Source of the DNA: Geosiphon pyriformis uo1
Taxonomy: Eukaryota > Fungi > Glomeromycota
NCBI GenBank assembly: GCA_016748015.1
Contig: JAAOMT010000076.1
Coordinates: forward strand, 310,001-374,000
DNA: 64,000 bases
Direction of reading: 5' to 3'
Shown here: piece after piece, positions 13,132-25,290 of the stretch
Layout of the letters: each line of letters opens with the position of its first letter
Position numbering within the stretch: the stretch's first letter is position 1
Made by a program: the position numbers and the translations under genes
Notes under the pieces: generated by a model
Databases searched by the model: none
Seen by the model: only the letters and a program-made list of their open reading frames with translations
What the model was told of the DNA's origin: nothing

Positions 13132-13608
13132 TGATGCTGTAAGTTTTCTATCATGAGACTATCCTAAAGAGATGTTTTGATTTCGGCTGCTGGAACAAAA
13201 TGATTTCCGTGCCGTTTATGCGAACATCAATTGCGTCAACATCTGACAGGTTGGTTTTATGGTCGTGCCGTTTATCCGCGCATAAATCAATAGGAAATTG
13301 TGCGACATTTATGCGCAAGAAATTTTATTCAATCACTTTCCGCCAAGAGTGTAATAAGCAAATATCGATATATCTATATATCAGAAATTCATGATAATAT
13401 AAAGAAACTTGGTGAAAAACTAAAAGGTGTTTATTGAACAATAAGTTATCGATTTGGAGTCCCACAAATTGTTGCTAAAAGGGTTTTGATTTACGTTTGG
13501 ATATTTAATAAAATGTCCAAACGTTTGAACAAATAATATTGATGAATTTAAATATAAAAGGGCTTTAAACTCCTTGGGGAAGAAATCTTAGCCTCATCGT
13601 TTTAGGGG

Positions 13609-14126
13609 TTAACTTTTTTGGTTTTTTGGTTGGGATATTTTTTCAGATATTTCAAGAAGCCCTTCGGTATTCTATAAAAGAACAAAATAATTTAATATAC
13701 ATGGATGGTGTATATTAAAACTAGTAAAAACTAAACATTGGCAAACAGAAAGAAAAAGTGGCTACTTACAACTTTAGAGAAATTAATCCGACTTTCTACG
13801 CTAGTTTTGACCCCATATTTCTCGTTAATCGACCTTTTACCGGCTTTTTCAAGAGTCGTAGATAGATCTTCTACTGCTCTTTCAATATTGTCAACATGAG
13901 TTTCCAAAACATCAATGTATTGCTCATTATCAACACATCTTTTGCAAACGATTTCGTTTGGTTTTCCTTCAATCGATCGCTTTAAAGGTGGATAGCTTGA
14001 ACCTCTAATTTTAAAAACGTATCTTCGACCGGTGGGATCAAAATTTTTTGATGATTTGGATGTGTTTGAGGTTTGGGAATATGTCGCTTTTTCTTCAGCC
14101 CCCATTGATTTTACAAGTTCGGTCAT
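13609..14126 (-). CDS. Two-exon hypothetical protein (~139 aa) with CxxC and short coiled coil; exons 14126-13770 and 13671-13609
   Basis: ORF from ATG 14126, GTAAGT donor at 13769, TTTTATAG acceptor at 13672. Phase-0 join gives ..NFSKV/NTEGLLEISEKISQPKNQKS*. Contains CKRC followed by heptad-like IDVLETHVDNIERAVEDL. Confidence 0.7.
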
Positions 14127-15539
14127 TTTAATTGAAGTATAGCTTTTTATGTAAAAGCTCTCGAGAAAAAATCTTATTTGCTTTATACTTTTAATTCTAG
14201 AAAAGACGCAGCCTCGGTAAACACCGACCCCTGTTTATCAGCCAATAAATTGTGCTTTTTTTTTTTTAAATGAGTTCTGGAAATATAAATCCGGCTAAAA
14301 AAGACTTATTTGGTATAGAAAGAATAAATGTTTTAATAAAAAAGTTTAATAAATTATATGCTCATTCAAATTGCCTTGATTGTTCTCATTCTGTTTGGAT
14401 TTTCCTTTCTAAACTTATGTTTCCATTCGTTCAATATTTCTGAAAAATTTCATGCAATTTAGAGTTTGCGTATAGGCAATAGCAATTTTTTTTCCTTCCT
14501 GAAAATTTTTATCACTTGGTGAGTATCCTTTAAGGTACTTATACCATCCTAATGAGAAGTGCCTAAAAAACAAAGGGCTCCTCGGTTTCATTGAAGGGAA
14601 GCTCTGAGAAAAATATTTCCATAATCAGTATTGCAACTTGATTAAAAAGGATAAAAGACGTGGGAAATTTTTATTAATCCTATACTTCTTCACCATACAA
14701 AATGCCTTTCAGTTATTAGCCTTCAAATCAGTGAATGAAGAGTGTTTATCATAATTTGGTATTGATTCCAAGTGTATAATATGTACATTCTAGATTTTTA
14801 CTTTAATTCAAACTATATTAGGTCGTCTGTAGCTAAAATCAACCTTGAACAATATGGTAGTTTGTCCAATTAATTTTAATCATATATTAATCAATGATGT
14901 AACTTTTTAAAAATTTGATAATTCATATATCATAAATAATTAAGCCTTTGAACTTTTTTCACTTGCATTAATATAAAATATCATCAAACATAAAAGAAAA
15001 ATCGGGGTTTTTTATTTAAATCAAAGTGTGTTTAACATTTACGTCTTAAAGCTTGCACAGTAAAAAAACTCTGAAAAAAATTTAAATAAATCCTGTTCGC
15101 AATAATCAGAGTGCCTGATCGCTCAAAATAAAGTTCAAATACTTTTTGTACTTTTATAAAATGAAATATTTTATTATTCTTCCCCTCTAATAATCCTCTT
15201 CTTAACATTTTTAGAGTCTTGATTAAAAAAAAGGGTTGAGAATTACCGAATTCATGGACCATAAATTGTCTTTGAAAATCAGGAGATTTTCTTATTCTTT
15301 GAAAATTCACGTAACTTAAAAAAAAAAATTTGCGTACCTCATTTCGATCACCTGACGTTATGCCGATTCAAAAATGGAATTATATGAAAACTTCTAATTT
15401 TGGATTCCCTGAGCCATCTAAACTTTATTGCGGAATTTCACCGTCGATTAAGAAATTCTTACTGGGACCAGGAACCTCAAGTTTTTCACTAAAGTCCGTA
15501 GTAAATGATATTTAACATCACTCGAAAGAATATCATCAT

Positions 15540-15900
15540 GTCAAAAATTTTCATACTCATTTCCGAACTATTGCTTCTAATCTATTCAACCAAAAATCGA
15601 TATTTTACAGAGTTTAACCTTCTACCAATCTTCCAAACTGCCTTCGAAAATAACTATTGAAATTCCACACAATAAATTTATGTGTTACGTGAAATAGGAT
15701 TATGAAGTTGAAGTGGTAAACTCAAATCCAAGCCTTTCCTTCAACAAACTTGCTCCACATATTTACCAATTTCATTGAAGCCAACCGCCTAACGAAAGGA
15801 ATGATGAAAATTTTTTTGGCGTTCAAATTCATATTTGACTCCTTGCGCGATAATGAGCCAAACATTATCGAGTGATATGGAAAAATGCTTTTGCTCAAGG
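15540..15900 (-). pseudogene. Old degraded DUF4419-like fossil, head-to-head with the 16247 copy
   Basis: Minus strand reads KHFSISLDNVWLIIAQGV, FEFTTSTS, LCGISIVIFEGSLEDW*KVKL, DFWLNRLEAIV; homologous to the 6440-6745 fossil. Confidence 0.8.
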
Positions 15901-16246
15901 ATAGTAGTTATTGGTTGCTTCTCAGTATTTTAATATTTTGAAGTCAAGCTAATCTGTTAATTATTGCTTTGAATCCATTCTTTTTTTATTGATTCCCATA
16001 ATAACCGCTTTAAGAATCAAATAAATAGGTTCCCAACAACTATTTTGTTTTTGTTTATATAAGATTTTTAGTTTAAGCAAATATTTATTACTACTAGCTA
16101 ATTATAGGTGATATTTTCCCAAGCATGATATAATTTCCCGCCAATAGGGGGTAAACGCAAGTCGTGAGAAGTTTCCATAATGCTAAAAGCTACTTATAAA
16201 TATAATTTAGATATTGTGGAAACATTGGATTCTTTATTGAATCATC

Positions 16247-16464
16247 ATGGCTTCTCAACAACGAAGTACCCAAATTCTCAGCACCACTTTGAAAAAAACT
16301 ACGAAATTACTTGACAACACTCCTATAAAAGAATATTATACAAAATTTTACAAAAACCAAGAAAAAATCCTTCATTCAATCTCTATTGATTATCCGGAAA
16401 AAGATACAATAAATCCATATTCAATTATTGACGATAACCAGGTGGAAAATGGTTTCGTTGCAGC
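16247..16464 (+). CDS. DUF4419-like protein (A-type), N-terminal part, cut by an assembly gap
   Basis: MASQQRSTQIL...NGFVA, same sequence as the start of the 29554 copy; ends at N-run 16465-16484. Confidence 0.75.
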
Positions 16465-16792
16465 NNNNNNNNNNNNNNNNNNNNATAAAATGATACGAGA
16501 TGCCAATCGCCCGAGAATGTCGACAACAAGCCAAATATTATCGAGTCAAATGGAAAAATGTTCAGTGTTTTAATATATTTGAACGCCATTTTTTGAAATC
16601 AAGCCGCTTTAGGAACTCGATAGTCATTACAATAACATATCAAAAAAGGACAATAGGAATTATCCAATTATTATATATAGAGTTTCCCAACAAAAGAAAC
16701 TTCTATTTGTTTTTTTAAATAAATATTTTTGCTTTGCTTTTATTTAAGCTGCAAAAGCGGAGCTAGATCTACAGTTTACAAAAAAAGTACCA

Positions 16793-17652
16793 TCTTTCGT
16801 ATCTCACCCGATGACGTTTGGTTAGCCATTGCCCAAGGGGTTAGTAATCATATCAATAACAACGCCGAAAGATTCCGATATTATTTTGTTAAACATGAAG
16901 GTCAAAAAGAAATTTGTATTTTCGCTGGCGACATATTGAGTACTGAAAATAATCAGCTTAAGGGTGATTGGCCAGTTGCTATAAATCGACTCACAACAAA
17001 AGTTGACGAAAACGTGACGAAAGTTGATTTATCTAAAACCTTAGAATGTGATTTTAGCACTAGTACTTCTGCTTCTATCACTGCAAGTCGTGTTATTCTT
17101 TTGGACTCGATGAAAAAGTACTTTAAGTATAAAATTATGTGTATGTGTGGTATTCCTAAAGTTACACTTGAAGGAAGTCTTCAAGATTGGCAAAAATTGC
17201 AAGAAAAAGTTGTTAAACTTCGTGAACTCGGACTCGATATGGATTTCTGGTTGGATAGATTAGAACCGGTCATTTGGAAACTTGTCGAAACATATCGTGG
17301 TAATATTGATCAAGATTTTTGGAGTAAGGTCATAATGTCAAAAGGTGGTGGATCCGGGATGCCAGTTCATTGGGACGGTTGGATCTCTGCCTTCTTTCCT
17401 TATGACAATACCGGTCATAAGTTGACAAAAAATAGTATTGAAGCTGCAAATATACCGAAAGGACAAGTAAATGTTCCATTCGGCACAGATATTGGTTTGG
17501 ATTTAAGTTTTTTCGCCGGTTTTTTGGGTGCTCAGCAAGAGAGTTTTGGAGAGGGTGACGAGACTGAAGTTATTGTTTCCCCAGTTATTGGTTGGCTTGT
17601 GGTGGACCAAATCGTATCAAATGTAGATTCAGATTCAGATCCAGAGTTTTAG
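16793..17652 (+). CDS. DUF4419-like protein (A-type), central and C-terminal part; probably the same gene as 16247-16464 or a 5'-deleted copy
   Basis: Open frame RISPDDVWLAIAQG...CGIPKVTLEGSLQDW...WDGWISAFFPY...AGFLG...SPVIGWLV. As assembled it lacks its own ATG and is fused to upstream sequence matching 29158-29460. Confidence 0.8.
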
Positions 17653-20600
17653 AAAAATTGTGTATAAATGTATAGTTTCAAAGTAAAATGGGGTTTCAAA
17701 CGAATTTTTGATTAAGAGTAAAATTTTCTTATTTTATTAAATATTATACATATTTTATTTATTATTTTATTTATTAGAATTTTTTAGCTAATTTTATTAT
17801 TTTTATTTATTTATCTTTCTTATTTATTTTAAAAAATCTTATAAAAAATTTATTATTATTACATTATCATTATATTTAATTTATTGTATAAGTCTTTTTT
17901 GTGATTTATTTTCAATAATATATTAAATTAACAAACAATATTTATTATTAAATATTACAAATACATAAAATTAAAACAGTTATTATTTATAATACATTAA
18001 AAAAAATTAAAATTTGCGAATTTTGATATAAATTTTTATTTTTATGTTGGTATTTATGATTTTTTAAATTTGTTTATAACAAAAATGGTTTAAGCTTATT
18101 TTACACATTTTTTAATAACAATTTTTGAATATTTATTTATTTTAACATGATTTATAATTCTGTTTTTAATATTTTTGTAAAGAGTAAAAAAAATATCTGT
18201 TTAAGCATATAGTTTGTTGGCTTTATATGTACTTTTATTTTATAAATATAATAAAACTTGACATTAAAAAAACATTTTAAATAAGTTATATTCCACAAAA
18301 AAAATTTCGGCTCTTTTTTATAGCATACTGTATTTATATAAGTTTAATTAACTTATATTTATTATTAATTTGGTAATGATAATAACAGTGTGAAAATTTG
18401 GTTTGTTCAAGAAAAAGAGATCTTTCAACCGCGCAATATTTTTAAAAGCAACCATAAATATCATCTTTTCGTATCAAATAAGCAGCAATTATAATTTATA
18501 AAGAACCTTTCAAGATTAAATTGAGTTAACACCATATTAAAATTAATTATAATTTTCAAGAAAAAGTGATAGTTATTCAAAAATGCAGACCAACTCGAAA
18601 TGTAACAATGTTACATAGCTTTATTAGGACTTCATTTTCAATCAATTAGCATTTTATGTCTTGGAGAAAATCATGGATCTGCTATTATCTGAATTTTTTG
18701 AACTGAATTATTGAAATTTTTTCGATTCAAGAAAGAAATCAAATACCCCATATTATTAATGAGAGATTTGAATTGCGGCTTGAAGAAAGAAATAATTTGA
18801 AATTTCTAATATAAAGATATCAAAGAATGGATTAACCGTTAATGAAATTAGTAGCTTCAATTCCTTTTTTTGAAAAGTAAACGTAATATGTAAAGGTAAA
18901 TATCACGGTAACAAGAATTTAAGTTGTCATTTTAAGAGTAAATGTATAATAAAAAAATAAAATTTAATAAATAAAATTATGAACCGGTATTAATTTGTTA
19001 ATTAATAGAGACAAAGCATTCTTATAATTACTACTAAATTAAAGATAATTATGTTCCTAAATTTTTATTCTCGGGTATTTTCAGCATTCAACTTTTTCTT
19101 CCGTTGATTAAACAAGCTTACAAAATTATTATTTTTATATTAATTTATCACTAAATAGAAGAGGCTTGAAGCTTTTTCCTTTTTTGAAAATCTGCCAATC
19201 GCAATGAAAAAACCTTGTTAAAATTTTTAAAAACAACAGAACTAAAAAAATTTATGATATTAATAAAAATCTAAAGTAATAAAATATTTTTATAAATTTA
19301 TTACTAAGTTATTTTATATCACATCTTTCTCTGTAGTTTAATACGAAAAATATGTACTGTTAAAATCTTTAGAGTAACTTAAAAAAGAAAATTATCGACC
19401 GATAATTGACTATCTTTATTCATTAAACATGAACATCACAAACAAAATTTAACCATTCATTCATTCATTCAGATTCAATATATTAATTTGCTTTTTTTTT
19501 GAAGCTAACATACTTTAGTATTACACTAAAATATAAAGAAAATATATAATTATTAACTTTCAAAGTTTCTATTTTACATAAAAGTATTTTTTAGGATTAC
19601 ATCAACCAAAGCTTCAATTTTGGATTCATAATCTTTAATGTTTTTTAATTATGTTACAAACTTTTGTCATTGCAATTATTGCGACATTTTTTTCAGTTTT
19701 TTACAATTTTCCTAGGAAATAGCTATTTTTAAAATTTTATTGGCATAATTAAATTCACGTTTATTGTGATTTTTACAATAATAATTTTGATCTCTTGTTT
19801 ATTTAATGAATGAAAAATTATTTTATTCCTTTTTTCTCTTAAAACCGTTAGTATATTATTAGTTCCTTTGTTATTTATTTTACTATACTTTTTTGAAGTT
19901 GAAAGTTACAATTATGTAAATTTTACTTAATAATTTATTTCACTTTTCAATTATTTTAAATGCTAAATTTCCATTTAAGTGTTAAATTGATCGTTCAATT
20001 TTTCTTTAAAATGAGGTTTTCGGCTTCATTAAATAAAAGTATTGGTTGGTTTTCAATTATATTTTTTTAAAAAAAGGAGTTTTGTCATTTGTCGTGATAA
20101 GCATGGTTTTATTATGATGATGGTTTGATGTAATCTTTTATTATTTTATTTGAAATAATTACAGTTTTAATTATTTTATGTTATTTTATTTTATTTAATT
20201 GAAATACCTATATAAGTTTAAATTGAAAAGATTAATATTTAATATATTCTACATTTTTAAATATTTAAAGAATTCTTTTTATTCAAAAGTTGTTATTATA
20301 AAATCTTTCAAAGTATTTCAATCGATTTTTAATATATTTTCATTGTTTGTTATATTTTTTTAAAAAAATTTCAAGCCTTTTTAATGGCAACAAGTAAAAT
20401 TTCATCAAGTTTAAATCCAGTGATTAAATAATGAACTTGCCTTTCGAAAATAAACCATTTATTTTGGTTCCTATTATAGGCTCACGAATTGAATTTTTCG
20501 TTTTTATTCGTGAAATGACTTTGAATTTTTTGATAACAATAAATAATTGTGCTTTTAATCGGTTCTTTAATTTTTTGAATTTACATTGAATACTTTTTGT

Positions 20601-20924
20601 TAGCCTAAAGAATTTAATTAAGCAAAGCATCAAATACATAAAGTATCAAATCCCTTTAATAAGAGTTTGACTCAATTTACATGTAAAATAATTAATTTCA
20701 CATAAGTTATGTTTAAAGTTTAATATTTATTTTTGAACTTGAAAATTCAAATTAAAAAGTGAAATGGCAACATAATTAGGAATTTTTTAAATCTGTATTG
20801 AATTCAAATTCGAATTAACCATTCTTTAGTAAGTTTATTAAGTTTTGAAAAACATAGACTTATAGTAGCATTTTAAATATCATGTATTTCCACCTTTTAT
20901 TTATTTAAAAATGTATTTTGTTAG

Positions 20925-21460
20925 GTTTTTTAAAATTTTTTGAAAACTAAATCTGACCTTTAAAAGTCGCAAAAACAGGATCATAAATAATATGATTTTA
21001 ATAATTACAGTCTCTTACTTATTTATATCTTATTTGTTGTAAAATGAAAAAAATGAGGTTAATTTGATTTTTGAATTTGGCTAAATTACATCTATTTGAT
21101 TTTGGTTATGATTTAGAATCATCGACTCATGTATGTAATTTTATTCAAGAAATATGTTAAACTTTGAAAAAAGAATAGTTGCATTATTACATTATTTTTG
21201 AGTTTAGTTACAAATTGTTTAAATAAGTTCGTTCTATTGTTATATTTAATTGAAAATGCGAAAAATGTATTTCAAGTTTGGATATCCAAAACGGTTTCCC
21301 AATAATTTAAAATTAATAAAATAAGAGCAAAGAAATTAGACAACACAAACATAAATTATGAGATAGCAATAAATTTTCAATCAAATTATAATTTTTTTGG
21401 TCTAAATCCTTTAACTCGATTTTATCGGCCTTTTTACTTTCGGCAAATCCCAATTAGCTT
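20925..21460 (+). repeat. Upstream block duplicated at about 28650-29157
   Basis: Long shared tracts, e.g. tatatttaattgaaaatgcgaaaaat...tttcaagtttggatatccaaaa...aaaataagagcaaagaaattaga...ttaactcgattttatcgg...cctttttactttcggcaa. Confidence 0.9.
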
Positions 21461-21823
21461 ATTGCAATTAACTTTATATATTGCATAAATAATTATTAAT
21501 CTTTTAATTTTTCAAATATTGTTATTAAAGCTGTAAAAAACAATGAGATTTTTAACTTTATTGTGAAAATCAATATACATACTGTTTATTTAAAAATAAC
21601 TACAATCAAGTTTTCTATGCAAACAGAAGATTAACATTAACCAATAGCAAATTCATTTGGAATGTGAATAGAATTATGATAAAATTATACAAGATACCCG
21701 AGGGCGTGGGTATATTGTCTCAAAAAAGAAGTTTATTTACATAAGATAAGCAGCAGCAATAAAGAAATTTATATATAAAGCCAATTTGATATCTGATGGC
21801 AAAAACTAAGATATTTTAATATC

Positions 21824-22882
21824 ATGACTTCATACAAAAGTACACAAATAATAGGAAGAGAAGTTAAACCAACAACCGAAATCCTTGAAAATGTTTTGGT
21901 TAGAACCCATTATACTGAGAAATTTGATTCAAAAGTGATTAGTGCACTTTCTATCGATTATCCTGAAGAAGCGAAACCAAATCCCACAACCATAATTAAG
22001 ACGGGAGGTATTACTCATGGCTTCGTAGCAGCAATTCATCAAGCGTATAACCTTCATCAACATCTTCGTATTTCACCTGATGATGTTTGGCTGACAATTG
22101 CTCAAGGTGTAAGCCAACATATTAATTTGAATGCTGAAAAATTCCGTAGTTATTTTGTAAATCATGAAGGAGAAAAAGATATCATTGTTTTTGCGGGTGA
22201 TGTTTTAAGATCAACCGAGAACCGTCTTGAAGGTGATTGGCCAGTCGTTGTGAATCGGCTTACTCGAAAAGTTGGCGAGAACGTGACAAAGATTGAGTTA
22301 ACAGAGCTCTTGGAATGTAACTTTTCAACTAGTACTTCGGTTTCTACTACTGCGAGCAAAGTGATTTTGTTAGATGCTATGAAAAAATATTTCAAGTATC
22401 ATGTGTGGACTCGTTGTGGGATTCCTAAAGTCACTCTTGAGGGAACTCTCGAAGATTGGGAAAACCTTCAAAAAAAAGTGGTTAAACTTCGTGAGCTTTC
22501 CCTTGACATGGATTTTTGGTTAGATAGGTTGGAACCGGTAGTTTGGCAGCTCGTTGCGACGTACCGTGGTGATATTGATGAGGAATTTTGGAGTAAAGTT
22601 TTAATGAGTCGTGGTGGTGGGTCAGGAGTACCGGTTTCGTGGGATGGCTGGATTGCAGGCTTTTTCCCATATGAAAAAAGTGGTGATAAAATACTCAAGA
22701 ATAGCATTGTCACCAAGGAAATACCTGATGGTATGGTAAATGTTCCATTTGATACCGATATTGATAAGAAACTCCAATTCTCGGCCGGTTTTTTGGGAGC
22801 TCATCAAACCACCAGTGGTGAAGGAGCTGATACTGAGGTTTTTATCTCCCCTGTTATTGGATGGCTTGTAGTTGATCAATAA
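21824..22882 (+). CDS. DUF4419-like protein (B-type), intact, 352 aa
   Basis: Intronless ORF with family motifs GFVAAIHQAYNLHQHLRISPDDVWLTIAQG, FSTST, CGIPKVTLEGTLEDW, GWI..FFPY, AGFLG, PVIGW; TATATAAA at about 21772. Confidence 0.9.
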   Translation: MTSYKSTQIIGREVKPTTEILENVLVRTHYTEKFDSKVISALSIDYPEEAKPNPTTIIKTGGITHGFVAAIHQAYNLHQHLRISPDDVWLTIAQGVSQHINLNAEKFRSYFVNHEGEKDIIVFAGDVLRSTENRLEGDWPVVVNRLTRKVGENVTKIELTELLECNFSTSTSVSTTASKVILLDAMKKYFKYHVWTRCGIPKVTLEGTLEDWENLQKKVVKLRELSLDMDFWLDRLEPVVWQLVATYRGDIDEEFWSKVLMSRGGGSGVPVSWDGWIAGFFPYEKSGDKILKNSIVTKEIPDGMVNVPFDTDIDKKLQFSAGFLGAHQTTSGEGADTEVFISPVIGWLVVDQ

Positions 22883-25049
22883 TCGAAGAAGCTCATGTGC
22901 TCAAGTAAAATTCGTTTAGTTTTATGCTAGATAATATAAGAGGCTTTGGTAGGAACATAGTCTTGAGGAATTATTAATGTCAGTTAGTTGATCGTAGCTG
23001 AATAATTCTTTCTTTAAATTCTTATCTTACTTTTATATAATAAAGTGGATAGCTATTTAAATTACATAAGCTGCATTGTATAAATTTAAGTTATGGTTAA
23101 CTTCGACCAGCTCATAAGAGAAATAAGCATCAAGTTAGGTAAAATCTTTTAAAAAGAATATTCTTTTTTTAGTATTCTGAGTTATCCACAACATGAAAAA
23201 TCTTTTAACTCAAAGGCCCGACTAGGAGCTCATGATTATAACGCCAAAAAGAGCATGTGAGAAAATAAAATTAATGGGTATAATGTAAATTCTTTTTTGT
23301 TTTAAAGAATCTCACAAGGACTTTTCAAGCGGTAAAAAAGTATCAGATGAATCCAACCTATAGTGTAGTTTTAATTATTATCAATGGGTTCCGTGAGAGC
23401 GTTTGAGGAATATTAATAAAATTGCAAAGGTGAGGGTTCGATACTTTTTATAAAGCAAGATAAATTTTTGAGAAGATTAAAAGATATGGTATAAGATATC
23501 ATAATAAAAAAGATGTAAGCCAAAAGATATTACAATTAAGTTCATAAATATATTTTTACAAAAGAATAATAAACTGTTTAGAGGGGCAATCGAATATTCA
23601 TTTGAATTTAAAATCTTATCTATTTATTTTATTTATATTTACTTTTTTTACTTTAAATGATAGATTAATATTCAAAGAGCTATGTACATTAATGGAGGCC
23701 TATTAAATACCTAAATGACATGAGAGGTTCCGATTTGAGAAATTGGATAAACGCCTTGAACAAAAGATAAAAAAATGAACAGGCCTCATCTATGCTCGTT
23801 ATTTTAATCGGAAAAGAACTAAAGGATCAAAATGGTTTTTCATTTTATGAATTTTACTTGTTCAGATGGCAAACATACTTAAATTTTTATGGTAAGTTAA
23901 ATCGGTAAAGAATTTGTTTGAAATTTTTTTATGCTTCGATCTCGGGTAAATATTCAGAATCAATTTTCTCAGAGGCGTTATAATTTGGCTGATTTTTTTT
24001 CTGGAAATGCAATACACCATGATATAAGCGAACTATTATCGTATGAAAAATAAAAACTCCACTCGAGCAAATTGTGATTAGTGTGTCTAAATCATGTATA
24101 TTCGTATTCTGCCAATAATAAATCTGCATAAAATAGTATATTGAAATGATTTCAATTTTAAGTTGGGGAATGATTAAAAATTAGAATATTATTTATAAAA
24201 AAATCTTTTTAATTACCTTTATAATAAATTGTCTTTTTTTAAATATATAAATAAGATTTTTTATAATTGCTGAAATTATTTTATTATTCAATATTATAAT
24301 TTTTTTGATCTAAAATTCATAATTTTCTTTCCTTTTCTAATTTGTATTAGTTTTTAAAAAATATATTGATAAATTTTTACTAAAAAGTACAAATATTATC
24401 TTTTATTGACAGAGTATTATATTAACTGTATTATTTTTGTTAATAGTATAGATTTTTTTTCTTTTCAAAATGTCTTGAAAAAAATAACTATTAAAATATT
24501 TATAAAACTAATTTTGCACATTAAATTTAAATTCAATCTGCTTTTATTAAATATTTTGATTATTTTATTATAAAATATTTGTTTTCTTTTGCTATTTATT
24601 AATATATTATTCTAACTTATAACAATATAATATTAAAAACATTATTACTTATTAGATTTACCAACAATAAGAATAAGCAACTAATATTTGCTAAATACAA
24701 AAAATAAAAACAGTTGTAAAACTTAACAATCTTTGCAAATTAGGTTAAATATTAAAAAAGATGATTTTTTAATAATATTTAGTTATATTTTATAATCTAC
24801 TTTTGTGTAAAATTAAGTACAGCTTAGACATTTAAACTACAAAATTTATTTTAAAATTGGAAGCAAATAGTAAAGAATACATTTTATATGATTATGGACT
24901 TTATAAACAACATAAGATATATAATATACAGCTATTTTAATATTCAGAATATTTTAATTAATAATATTTTGATTAATTTTAAAAAAGCAGTAATAATAAT
25001 AATTAATTAGAAATGTATAGTAAACATATAACAATTTTAAAACTTAACA

Positions 25050-25290
25050 AATTTTGGTTAATAAAAATTTTGAGCATTTTTAATATTAAAAAATTTAATA
25101 TTAATGAATTTTATTAGTATTTGGTCGACAAAAAGTTTGAATATCTAGAATATTAAAAAGATTCATGCTAATAAATCTTATTAATATTTGATTAATAAAA
25201 AGTTTAAGTATTTCTAATATTAAAAAAACTGATGTTAATATATAGTTTGTTACAAATTTGGTTGATAAAATGACATTTTCTAATATAAAT
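25050..25290. repeat. Degenerate ~67-70 bp tandem repeat, about 3.5 units
   Basis: Units start near 25051, 25119, 25186 and 25257, sharing atttggt(t/c)(g/a)a(t/c)aaaaagtttga...taatattaaaaa. Confidence 0.7.

Larger units (their letters stand above)
11681..13382. repeat. 841-bp direct duplication flanking a 20-N gap (11681-12521 = 12542-13382); probable assembly artefact
   Basis: Offset 861, no differences noticed, and the copies abut the gap exactly. The ORF track shows the same peptides twice. Confidence 0.9.

Noticed and set aside
11681-13382. Real tandem duplication of a transposon
   Set aside because: Apparently identical copies abutting a 20-N gap are typical of unmerged contig overlap.
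16500-16718. 72-aa ORF MPIAREC..., repeated at 29173-29391
   Set aside because: Lies in duplicated upstream DNA derived from the antisense DUF4419 fossil; the frame is not preserved in the homologous 6.3-6.5 kb and 15.9-16.1 kb regions.
22162-22879. Several antisense ORFs within the DUF4419 gene (likewise 9316-9549, 38703-38900, 49340-49573, 53468-53653)
   Set aside because: Shadow frames of real genes.
25050-25290. CRISPR-like repeat/spacer array
   Set aside because: Eukaryotic context, whole units are homologous with no unique spacers, and there are no cas genes.
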